Positions 49,840 through 58,035 of a DNA stretch of 64,000 nucleotides are shown piece after piece. The stretch is from the IMG/VR virus record IMGVR_UViG_3300044630_003601, positions 1,101 to 65,100 of that record, one strand, 5' to 3'. The stretch is from a virus (taxonomy: Duplodnaviria > Caudoviricetes). Numbering within the stretch: the first letter of the stretch is position 1; every line of letters starts with the position of its first letter. Under the pieces are notes generated by a model that ran no database searches, was not told the origin of the DNA, and worked only from the letters and a program-made list of their open reading frames with translations. The translations under genes were made by a program, and so were the position numbers.

Positions 49840-50217
49840 ATGAAAATAGAAGTAAGTATCGGTGAAGTAGTAGATAAATATACTATTCTAACTATAAAAA
49901 AGCTATTCATCCATGATAATGAAAAGCTAGTAAACATAGAAAAAGAGTGGAAAATAATCAAGTCTGCTCTATTAAAAAAATACCCAGAAACACTAACAGA
50001 ACCCTTTACCCAAGAGCTTTATGACATAAACAAAAAGCTATGGAAAGTGGAAGATGATTTAAGGGATTGCGAGCATAAGAACTATTTTGGCGAAAAGTTT
50101 GTTGAATTAGCAAGGGAAGTTTACCAATTAAATGATGTTAGGGCTATAATAAAAAAACAAATTAATCAAAAGTATGGCTCTGAATTAATAGAAGAAAAAT
50201 CATATAAACAACACTAA
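49840..50217 (+). CDS. DUF6165-like protein
   Basis: EVS.GE..DK.TIL.IK...IN..LW.VED..R......F.ELAR.VY..ND.R..IK..IN....S...EEKSY. Confidence 0.7.
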   Translation: MKIEVSIGEVVDKYTILTIKKLFIHDNEKLVNIEKEWKIIKSALLKKYPETLTEPFTQELYDINKKLWKVEDDLRDCEHKNYFGEKFVELAREVYQLNDVRAIIKKQINQKYGSELIEEKSYKQH

Positions 50218-50220
50218 TTT

Positions 50221-51153
50221 ATGAAGAACATCAGATTTGTCTGCGCGCAACCCACCTCTATATTTTATGCTTGGCAAATAGAAGTTATGATTAATAACTT
50301 TATAGAAATGGGTATAAACCCAAATAGCATTGATATTGTATCTTGGAAAGTGAACAATGTAATTCCTGAAGAATGGTTAAAACTAGCTAATGCATATCCT
50401 GTTAGGTTCTTCTTTTATGATGATACTAGAGTTACAACACATTACATATCTTCTATCCGTCCTAATATATTGAAGCAGCATTTTGCAGCTCACCCTGAAT
50501 TAGAAGAAGAAGCAATTCTTTACCATGATTGCGATATTGTATTGACAAAACCAATAAATTGGGAACAATTTTTGGAAGATGAAAAATGGTATGGATCTGA
50601 TACTAGATGGTATATAGCGCATAGTTACATATTAAGCAAAGGTCAAGATGTTTTAGATAAAATGTGTGAAATAGTTGGTATTGAAGAATCAATTATTAAA
50701 GACAACGAGCTTAATTCAATTGGCGCACAATACTTAATGAAAGGTATAAATGCTGAATTTTGGGCTAATGTAGAAAAAGATTGTGAGAGATTATATAATG
50801 AAATAACAATGTTGAATAACATTAAAAAGGCTGAAAATAACCAATATCATGAATTACAAATATGGTGCGCAGACATGTGGGCAGTTCTTTGGAATGGCTG
50901 GAAATTGGGCAAAGAAACTGTTTGCCATCCAGATTTAGAATTTGCTTGGGGAACTAGCACCGAAAGCGATTTTGACAGATTAAATATATTGCATAATGCC
51001 GGTGTCGTTAGCTCTGCTGATGGTTTATTTTATAAAGCAGAATTTATGAATAGATTACCTTACAATCTAAATTTAAATATCAAAGAAGGAACGGCATCAA
51101 AAAAGTATTATGAAATTATACAAAAAGTAGAAAAAAAATCAGTTTTAATATGA
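50221..51153 (+). CDS. GT-A glycosyltransferase resembling plant HPAT/SERGT1 (GT95/GT96) protein O-glycosyltransferases
   Basis: YAWQ......F, Y.S.IRP....HF, ILYHDCD....P, GAQYL, WCADMWA parallel the Y..WQ / NKP..HW / D.D / W..EMY motifs of that family. Confidence 0.6.
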   Translation: MKNIRFVCAQPTSIFYAWQIEVMINNFIEMGINPNSIDIVSWKVNNVIPEEWLKLANAYPVRFFFYDDTRVTTHYISSIRPNILKQHFAAHPELEEEAILYHDCDIVLTKPINWEQFLEDEKWYGSDTRWYIAHSYILSKGQDVLDKMCEIVGIEESIIKDNELNSIGAQYLMKGINAEFWANVEKDCERLYNEITMLNNIKKAENNQYHELQIWCADMWAVLWNGWKLGKETVCHPDLEFAWGTSTESDFDRLNILHNAGVVSSADGLFYKAEFMNRLPYNLNLNIKEGTASKKYYEIIQKVEKKSVLI

Positions 51154-51806
51154 AAATCCCAGCTTTTATAATCAATTATAATAGATTAACATTACCTAAA
51201 AATATGGCTGAGTTTTTGTCCAAAAACGAAAATGTAGATGTATATATAATAGATAACAATAGCACTTATCAACCTTTATTAGATTGGTATGCTACATGCC
51301 CTTATAAGATTATTCACATGGATAAAAATTATGGACATACGGTTTTTTGGAATAAAAAATTATATGATATTTATGTTAAAGAAGGATATTATATTTTATC
51401 TGATCCAGATTTAGATTTATCTGAAATACCGGAAGATTGGTTAGATGTGCTACTAAATGGATTAGCTAAATATCAATATAATAAAATAGGCTTTTCATTG
51501 AAAACAAGCGATTTACCAGAATCGGTTTTTAGAAATCAAATAATTGATTGGGAAAGTCAATTTTGTACCCCAAAAGCTAAATATCTTGATGATTTATATA
51601 CAGAAGCACATATTGATACTACCTTTGCCTTACATAGAACAGATGAGCATGCATTATATTCTTCAGTCAGAGTAAATCATCCTTATACTGCAAAACACGT
51701 GCCTTGGTATTATACAGATTTTCAACTTTTACCAGAAGATGAAAAATTTTATTTTAAAAATATAAAAACAGATACTTTTTGGAGTAATCAATTCAATGTA
51801 AGATAA
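51150..51806 (+). CDS. GT2-like glycosyltransferase
   Basis: FIINYNR, IIDNNS, NYGH, LSDPDLD, A.IDTTFA, H.PWY. Confidence 0.75.
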   Translation: MKIPAFIINYNRLTLPKNMAEFLSKNENVDVYIIDNNSTYQPLLDWYATCPYKIIHMDKNYGHTVFWNKKLYDIYVKEGYYILSDPDLDLSEIPEDWLDVLLNGLAKYQYNKIGFSLKTSDLPESVFRNQIIDWESQFCTPKAKYLDDLYTEAHIDTTFALHRTDEHALYSSVRVNHPYTAKHVPWYYTDFQLLPEDEKFYFKNIKTDTFWSNQFNVR

Positions 51807-51807
51807 T

Positions 51808-52674
51808 ATGTTAAAAATTATAAAAGCTACCTATGGTGGCGCAGATTGTTCCGATGAATTACGAGGTTTAATGGTATCTGGTAAATTAGTAGTTAGAGCA
51901 AACAATAAGATAATAGGAGATCCCTCTTTAGGCATTGTTAAGTACCTAGAAGTTGAATTTAGCGATGGACACAAAGAGAAAGTAATGGAAGGAAATACTT
52001 TAGTCTATCCCAAGTCTAAAACCCGAAAATTGGGCATATTCTATTCAAATAATAACAATCATGAGATATGGCCTGCAATATATAAATCAATAGATACGAT
52101 TAAAGAAGCAAGTGAAGGGGTAGCAGAAATTGTGGTATGTACTTGGGAGCATATGCCTGACGTACCATTTCAACAAATAAAAAGCTGGTACACTAAACAA
52201 TCCCATCTTAATCAATTACTACAAATTATGCAGTGTCTTTATACTGCTAAGAATATGGGACAATACGACTATGTTTCTTTCCTTGAACATGATGTAATGT
52301 ATCCAAAGGGATATTTTGATTTCCCTGATTTCCCGAATGGGCAGGTGCTTACAAATATGAACTACGGGGGCGTATGTAAAAATGGGTGGCAAAAAAGAAA
52401 CCAACACGATCAACCATTTCACCAAATGACCATGCGCTTTGATGATGCAATTGAACATTGCTTAACTATATTGCCTAATGCATTAGTTACAAATAGCGGA
52501 ATGATTGAAACACAAAAGCTAACAAGGACTCAATGGAACTGCGAAAACGAGGCAGTACATATAAATCATGGAGTTCATTTTACTAGCCATAATTCTATTT
52601 ATGATAAAGACAATTTAACACAATTACACCCATATTGGGGCGAACATAATAAATATAAAAATTTATTTATATGA
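51808..52674 (+). CDS. SUEL/Gal-lectin-like domain fused to a GT-A-like domain
   Basis: LKIIKATYG...N..IGDP..G..KYLEV; C-terminal YVSFLEHDVMYP..YF. Confidence 0.6.
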   Translation: MLKIIKATYGGADCSDELRGLMVSGKLVVRANNKIIGDPSLGIVKYLEVEFSDGHKEKVMEGNTLVYPKSKTRKLGIFYSNNNNHEIWPAIYKSIDTIKEASEGVAEIVVCTWEHMPDVPFQQIKSWYTKQSHLNQLLQIMQCLYTAKNMGQYDYVSFLEHDVMYPKGYFDFPDFPNGQVLTNMNYGGVCKNGWQKRNQHDQPFHQMTMRFDDAIEHCLTILPNALVTNSGMIETQKLTRTQWNCENEAVHINHGVHFTSHNSIYDKDNLTQLHPYWGEHNKYKNLFI

Positions 52675-52895
52675 ACAAAATAAAAGAAATCATTATATCT
52701 TATGCGACAGCCCTTAATCCGACTGAAGAGCAGAAAGAAGTAGCTGAAAAAAGGCTTGAAATTTGTATGGGGTGTGAGTTTTGGGTTCAATCGCCTATCA
52801 GAGATTATTGCGGTAAATGTGGGTGTACAACGAGTGCCAAAGTATTTAGCCCTGTTGGGGCGGGGGCTTGTCCGGAAAAAAAGTGGACAATTTAA
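52671..52895 (+). CDS. small Cys-rich metal-binding protein
   Basis: R..IC..C...C..CGC....K.......CP..KW. Confidence 0.7.
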   Translation: MNKIKEIIISYATALNPTEEQKEVAEKRLEICMGCEFWVQSPIRDYCGKCGCTTSAKVFSPVGAGACPEKKWTI

Positions 52896-52916
52896 AAAAT
52901 ATAATAGATTATTGGT

Positions 52917-52924
52917 TATATTTG
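52917..52924 (+). promoter_or_regulatory. -7 box TATATTTG upstream of the lysis cassette
   Basis: Intergenic, 13 nt before ATG 52938. Confidence 0.7.
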
Positions 52925-52937
52925 TTAAAAAATTGAA

Positions 52938-53120
52938 ATGGGGAATAATACCTTAGCTGACGTTTCTGCATCTGTAAGTTTACTAAGTGCAGCTGTATCT
53001 ATAACTGCAATTCAACCATACGTTAGCTTAGTGGCTAGTTTAGTTGGTATTTGTGCTGGTTCGTTTACGATAAGATATTATTATTATAAACATAAAAATA
53101 GCAAAAATGACAACAGCTAA
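52938..53120 (+). CDS. putative holin-like membrane protein
   Basis: 60 aa, long hydrophobic core, basic C-terminus. Confidence 0.55.
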   Translation: MGNNTLADVSASVSLLSAAVSITAIQPYVSLVASLVGICAGSFTIRYYYYKHKNSKNDNS

Positions 53121-53664
53121 AAACGTACTAATTTTAGCACTAATTTTTGTAGTGCTTTTTTTTGTTTTAGCCCCTCATAAGGGATCGGACACTATAGTTA
53201 TCACTAAGATAGACACGCTAATAAAGCACGACACAATAAGGAAATATAAAAAAGGGGATGCTATCCCTTTTGTTGTTTTAGATACAGTTTACCAAGTTAA
53301 CGAGGTACACGATACAACCTATATAGTTAATGATTATAATAAGGTAAAAGTTTATTTAGATACTTTGCGTATAAATACGGATAACTACGTATCTATTCAA
53401 GATACAATCTCTCAAAATAAGATTTTTGGTAGAGGCTATGACGCACATTTTACTGAAAAAACTATTGTGAAAGTAAGAGAATTACGCACGCCACCACCAC
53501 CACCAAAAGCAGCACTATATTGGGGAGTAATGGCAACTAAGCAAGAAAATAATTTTGGATATGGAGGAGGTTTGATTTACAAATCACCTAATAAAGGCAT
53601 TATCCAATTAAATATTACTAACAACAAGCAGTTCCAATTCGGGTACTACTCTAAAATATTTTAA
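53107..53664 (+). CDS. putative spanin-like envelope protein (N-terminal TM, DT repeats, C-terminal beta strands ending in Phe)
   Basis: VLILALIFVVLFFVLA; seven DT[ILVT] motifs; PPPPP; ...FQFGYYSKIF. Confidence 0.55.
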   Translation: MTTAKNVLILALIFVVLFFVLAPHKGSDTIVITKIDTLIKHDTIRKYKKGDAIPFVVLDTVYQVNEVHDTTYIVNDYNKVKVYLDTLRINTDNYVSIQDTISQNKIFGRGYDAHFTEKTIVKVRELRTPPPPPKAALYWGVMATKQENNFGYGGGLIYKSPNKGIIQLNITNNKQFQFGYYSKIF

Positions 53665-53666
53665 CA

Positions 53667-53987
53667 ATGGCAGCAGCAAAAAAGACAGATGAAAAAAAAG
53701 ATGTAAATGTATCTGCAAATCCATTGCCAGTAAGCTTTAAAGATTTTGTCAAGCATCCAAAAGAAGCAATTGCATTTCTAGCTATTATAGCAATGGGATA
53801 TTTGTATGTAGATATAAGAAGCACATTCCAGACTAATGCAGATAAGCAAGACAGAAGGGTAGATAAGGTAGAAACAAGACTAGATGCAGTACAAGACGCA
53901 TTGAGAAGAAGCGATTCATCTGGTGCAGTAACCGCATCTCAATTAAAAATGTTAAATGATTTAGGAGCTATAAAATCACTTAGATAA
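53667..53987 (+). CDS. membrane protein (1 TM + coiled coil), lysis cassette
   Basis: AIAFLAIIAMGYLYV followed by a heptad-like region. Confidence 0.6.
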   Translation: MAAAKKTDEKKDVNVSANPLPVSFKDFVKHPKEAIAFLAIIAMGYLYVDIRSTFQTNADKQDRRVDKVETRLDAVQDALRRSDSSGAVTASQLKMLNDLGAIKSLR

Positions 53988-54301
53988 TGAAATACTTAGT
54001 ATTCATATTTTTATTTGGTTGTGGTGTTACGGCTCAAGGTGTAAGTGAGGAGTCAAAAGAGGATCAAGAGTTAGATATGCTTTTAAAAAAGGCGCAGTCT
54101 AATATTCAAGTCCAAGCTACATTGCAAGATGCGGCTACTAAAGAACAAAAGAAGATAGTTAAGCAGACAATCAGCCAAATAGTAGGATTAAAAGAAGAAA
54201 ACAAAGAATTAAAAATAGAATTAAATGAAACTAAAGCAAAGTTTGATAGTATTAGCTTTGATACTCTTGTTCCATTCCAGTTACTCCCAATACCCCGTTA
54301 A
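53987..54301 (+). CDS. putative lipoprotein/exported coiled-coil protein (o-spanin-like)
   Basis: MKYLVFIFLFG-C lipobox-like signal (short); coiled coil. Confidence 0.5.
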   Translation: MKYLVFIFLFGCGVTAQGVSEESKEDQELDMLLKKAQSNIQVQATLQDAATKEQKKIVKQTISQIVGLKEENKELKIELNETKAKFDSISFDTLVPFQLLPIPR

Positions 54302-54623
54302 ACGAGTATTCAGGGGTGATTCGGTGGTAATAATGAAAGTATCACAAGCAGATACAATTAATATGCTTTACAAGTTTTATTCTCAAAAAATAGATTCATT
54401 AACCGATTCAGTCGCAATTAAAAACAAAACAAATGAAGAACTTTATAAAAAATTATTTGTTAAAAATGATACAATCTTTTATTGGAAAGGAAAATACGAA
54501 GCAAGTAGAGAGCTTTATACCGGATACAGAAATATCAACTACGAAAAAGAAGAAGCGTTCCACCTCCTCCAAAAAATCATCCTCATCGGAGTTATAATTT
54601 TACAATTTAGTCAAATAAAATAA
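54225..54623 (+). CDS. exported protein with signal peptide and C-terminal hydrophobic anchor
   Basis: MKLKQSLIVLALILLFHSSYS-Q; C-terminal IILIGVIILQF; overlaps the previous gene by 77 nt. Confidence 0.55.
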   Translation: MKLKQSLIVLALILLFHSSYSQYPVKRVFRGDSVVIMKVSQADTINMLYKFYSQKIDSLTDSVAIKNKTNEELYKKLFVKNDTIFYWKGKYEASRELYTGYRNINYEKEEAFHLLQKIILIGVIILQFSQIK

Positions 54624-54624
54624 T

Positions 54625-54855
54625 ATGAAACAATTTTTCCAAGAAGATAATGGTAGATATAGTATGAAGCGTTTATGTGGTTTACTATGTACACTAGCTT
54701 TATGTGCTACTATGTACCATAACCAATTTAGTGAGGAGCATTTTGCTCCAAGTCCAGTTTTAGTAGAAGCAGTAGCTTTATTAGCCTTTGGAACTTTAGG
54801 TTTAACGGCAGTAGAAAAAATATTTAAAAAGAAGGAAAATGAAAATGCCGAATAA
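54625..54855 (+). CDS. putative holin (2 TM)
   Basis: F.EDNG..SMKR, two hydrophobic helices, G....EKIFKKK. Confidence 0.65.
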   Translation: MKQFFQEDNGRYSMKRLCGLLCTLALCATMYHNQFSEEHFAPSPVLVEAVALLAFGTLGLTAVEKIFKKKENENAE

Positions 54856-54931
54856 TGAAAAAAGAGCATTAATCATTGGAGGAATCCTTTGGGTAGTGTT
54901 ATTGACATATTTTACAATTAAAATGTTATAA
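54845..54931 (+). CDS. 28-aa single-TM peptide
   Basis: Hand-translated MPNNEKRALIIGGILWVVLLTYFTIKML; exactly fills the holin-endolysin gap. Confidence 0.5.
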   Translation: MPNNEKRALIIGGILWVVLLTYFTIKML

Positions 54932-54933
54932 AA

Positions 54934-55401
54934 ATGAAATTATCAGAACATTTATCTCTTTCAGAGGTTACTAGAAGCGAGTCAGCAAAAAGAAATGGCA
55001 TTAGTAATATGCCAACAGAACAACACATAGCTAATTTTAAATTATTAGCAGAAAAGGTATTTGAGCCAATTAGAAATAACTTTCGTTGCCCTATACATAT
55101 CTCTAGTGCATACAGATCCATTGAACTTAATCGTGTGGTGAAGGGAAGTTTGACAAGCCAGCATTGTACGGGCGAAGCGATTGACGTGGATATGGATGGC
55201 ACTCCTAATGGAGTAACTAATAAAATGGTTTTTGATTACATCAAAGATAATTTAGAATTTGATCAATTGATTTGGGAATTTGGAACAAAAGACAATCCTG
55301 ATTGGGTTCATGTTTCATACGAAAGCACAGGTAAACAAAGAAAGCAAATTTTGAGAGCAACTAGGGTTAATGGTAGCACACAATACTCGCCATACAAATA
55401 A
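54934..55401 (+). CDS. endolysin, peptidase M15A family
   Basis: ISSAYRS..LN..VKGS.TSQH..GEA.D...WVHVS zinc peptidase motifs. Confidence 0.9.
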   Translation: MKLSEHLSLSEVTRSESAKRNGISNMPTEQHIANFKLLAEKVFEPIRNNFRCPIHISSAYRSIELNRVVKGSLTSQHCTGEAIDVDMDGTPNGVTNKMVFDYIKDNLEFDQLIWEFGTKDNPDWVHVSYESTGKQRKQILRATRVNGSTQYSPYK

Positions 55402-55406
55402 AAATT

Positions 55407-56408
55407 ATGCCAGCTAAAAATGGTAACGCAGATATTGCTAGACAATATCGCACAAAATATCCCGATATGCCAACATTAAAATTGGCTAGGATAATGTATA
55501 AAGAAAACAATCTTGCTTTTCAAGATGTAGAAGCTGCAAGAGGTACATTAAGATATATTGAAGGCAAATGCGGTGATAGAAGGAAAGCCCAAGTAAAAAA
55601 CGAAGATTTTATAAAAACGGAAGCAAGACCTTACAATCCATATAATTTACCCGCATCAGATGAAACTGCTTTTGAACCTTTTGTGTTTAAAGGGCATAAA
55701 AAGGTTTTAATACTATCCGATATTCATGTTCCATATCATAGTATAGATGCGATAACGGCAGCTTTACAATATGCCAAGAAAAGTAAACCTGACGCTTTAC
55801 TTTTAAACGGAGATACAATAGACTGCCATAGATTAAGCAGATTCATTAAAGATCCAAAGAAAAGAAACTTTAAGCTAGAATTAGATACATTCAAGGCATT
55901 GTTTGATATATTTGAGAAGGAACTAAAGTGTAAGATATATTTTAAAATAGGAAATCACGAGGAAAGATATGAGCATTTCTTGTATGAGAAAGCGGGTGAA
56001 TTAGTAGGAATAGAGGAGTTTGAATTTGAGAATATCATTAAAGCCAGAGCCAGAGGAATAGAAATAATAGGGGACAAACGCCCAATGAAACTAAATAACC
56101 TTTGGGGAATTCATGGTCACGAATATGTGGGCGGTATCTCAGCTCCGGTAAACCCTGCAAGGGGCTTATTCTTAAAAGCAAAAGTTAGCACCTTTCAAGG
56201 GCATAACCACCAAACATCAGAACATACAGAACCCACTCTTACGGGCAAGATGGTAACTACTTGGTCACTTGGTTGCCTAAGTGAATTACATCCAGCCTAT
56301 ATGCCTCTAAATAAGTGGAATCATGGTTTTGCAGAGGTTGATTTAGATCCTAACGGGGAGGACTTTGAATTTAACAATAAACGTATCTTTAAAGGTAAAA
56401 TTGTGTAA
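55407..56408 (+). CDS. calcineurin-like metallophosphoesterase with N-terminal HTH-like segment
   Basis: SDIH, NGDTID, GNHE, HGH, GHNH. Confidence 0.88.
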   Translation: MPAKNGNADIARQYRTKYPDMPTLKLARIMYKENNLAFQDVEAARGTLRYIEGKCGDRRKAQVKNEDFIKTEARPYNPYNLPASDETAFEPFVFKGHKKVLILSDIHVPYHSIDAITAALQYAKKSKPDALLLNGDTIDCHRLSRFIKDPKKRNFKLELDTFKALFDIFEKELKCKIYFKIGNHEERYEHFLYEKAGELVGIEEFEFENIIKARARGIEIIGDKRPMKLNNLWGIHGHEYVGGISAPVNPARGLFLKAKVSTFQGHNHQTSEHTEPTLTGKMVTTWSLGCLSELHPAYMPLNKWNHGFAEVDLDPNGEDFEFNNKRIFKGKIV

Positions 56409-56812
56409 TGCCAAAGCAAAAGCCATATAAGACTTATACTTATAAGATACCCACGTTTTACGTTACTATTAAAATAATGGTGGCGCCTAAGATGTCGGAT
56501 ATGCTTTCCGATAAGATATTTGAATTAGATGAGAACAGAGATAGCTATGCAAAGACGGCTGCTGCATTATGCCTAACATATAAAGATGATATATACTTGT
56601 GCTTGCCTAACGAAGGCAAATTTGCCACTGAATTTATGTTCCACGAGATAATCCATGCCAAGAACTTTATATACTCAAAAAGGGGTGTTAAATTAGACGT
56701 AGATAATGATGAGAATGAAGCATACCTAGTTCAGTATCTTTATAGCAAGTGCGAGGATGCTAAAAAGAAATTTGCCAAATCTCAAATACCTACGCCAAGT
56801 GAAAGCATATAG
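56408..56812 (+). CDS. HExxH metallopeptidase-like protein
   Basis: FHEIIHA...NENEAYL. Confidence 0.6.
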   Translation: MPKQKPYKTYTYKIPTFYVTIKIMVAPKMSDMLSDKIFELDENRDSYAKTAAALCLTYKDDIYLCLPNEGKFATEFMFHEIIHAKNFIYSKRGVKLDVDNDENEAYLVQYLYSKCEDAKKKFAKSQIPTPSESI

Positions 56813-56965
56813 GGTATATTTCAAAAAAAACGGCATAAACCTAACTAAATTGGTCTATGCCGAGTCTATGTCTGAAATTTACATTCAGTTTAAAGGATTA
56901 GATATAATAATGATAAAGCAAATAGATATGTTGCCGGAGGGGGATATAGATATTATTTCTTTGAA

Positions 56966-57154
56966 TTAATCTAATTTAATAATTAACTGATAAATATCTA
57001 TCCCATTAGGTTTTACTTCCGAGTTCCATATTTTTAAAACTGATCTTCTGCGGTAGGCATCATGAAACTTAAATTCTCTAATTAGTTTATCATTCTTGAA
57101 TAATTGCATTGTCCCCTTTATTTTGTACCATTCTTTCTCTCGTTGTTTAATCAT
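56966..57154 (-). CDS. hypothetical protein
   Basis: ORF track; end of the leftward early block. Confidence 0.5.
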   Translation of the reverse strand: MIKQREKEWYKIKGTMQLFKNDKLIREFKFHDAYRRRSVLKIWNSEVKPNGIDIYQLIIKLD

Positions 57155-57375
57155 CCTTTAATTTATTTAAAAAATAAAAATAAAGAACGAGCATCCCAAC
57201 AAAGTATATTATAGTCATTGGTTAAAAAATTTTATCATTATCAATTTGATTTTCTTTCTTTTTTATTTCCTCAATCAACTTTTTTAATTCATTAAAATCG
57301 GAAACTAATTTCTTTATCCTTTCCCTCAATTCATCATTTTCTAATTGAAGCAAGTAGTTAGGACTTATGGTATAA

Positions 57376-57606
57376 TTATTCTTCATTATGTTCTTCCTCC
57401 TTTAAGAATTTCTTTTCTTTAATAGGGTTTTGTTCCCAATAAGTAAATAGATCATATAGTTGTTCAAATCTTTCTTGATTATACCAAGCATTGTGGTACA
57501 ATTCAGCCATTATTATATGCCTTTCATAAGCAGTAAAGTCTGCAAAAGTGCTAAATGCAGTTTTTTCAGTTGGAGTTCCTAAAATTTCAAGTTGTTCTTT
57601 GTTCAT
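57376..57606 (-). CDS. hypothetical protein
   Basis: ORF track. Confidence 0.6.
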   Translation of the reverse strand: MNKEQLEILGTPTEKTAFSTFADFTAYERHIIMAELYHNAWYNQERFEQLYDLFTYWEQNPIKEKKFLKEEEHNEE

Positions 57607-57620
57607 TGTTTATTTTTTAA

Positions 57621-57824
57621 TTAAAAATCGTGTTTTACGCTTAATACATGAACCTTACCTACCCTATTGTATTTTATTACTTCGGGTAATGGCATATTAT
57701 TTCTTATGCGGTACATAATTGCGTGTCTTGTCAAAGGAGTGTCGGGGTATTTTCTATTTTTTCTAAAATAATTAGGATTTATTTTTTCTGCATACTCTAA
57801 CACACTAATTTGTTTAATCTTCAT
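57621..57824 (-). CDS. small basic putative DNA-binding protein
   Basis: ISVLEYA...LTRHAIMYRIRN...RVGKVHVL, excisionase/wHTH-like. Confidence 0.5.
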   Translation of the reverse strand: MKIKQISVLEYAEKINPNYFRKNRKYPDTPLTRHAIMYRIRNNMPLPEVIKYNRVGKVHVLSVKHDF

Positions 57825-58014
57825 TTACCTCTATTGTTTTAATTGTTTCTTTTATTGTGTCTAATGTGCCATTTTTTGTAGCAATATGTAAATACTTTTC
57901 AGCTTCTTCTAAATTATGAGTTAAACTTCTGTTTACATAAAGCCCATCTTTTTCAATAGAATATCGCACTATTCCATCAATCGTTGTTTCTTTTACTAAT
58001 TCATACTTTGCCAT
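57814..58014 (-). CDS. hypothetical protein
   Basis: ORF track. Confidence 0.6.
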   Translation of the reverse strand: MAKYELVKETTIDGIVRYSIEKDGLYVNRSLTHNLEEAEKYLHIATKNGTLDTIKETIKTIEVNED

Positions 58015-58035
58015 AATTGTTTGTTTTTTGTTGTT

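Noticed and set aside
45778-52674. GT island as a DNA-hypermodification or serotype-conversion locus
   Set aside because: No base hydroxymethylase, TET/JBP or kinase genes and no GtrA/GtrB or membrane components seen, and it is not in the replication block. Disfavoured, not excluded.
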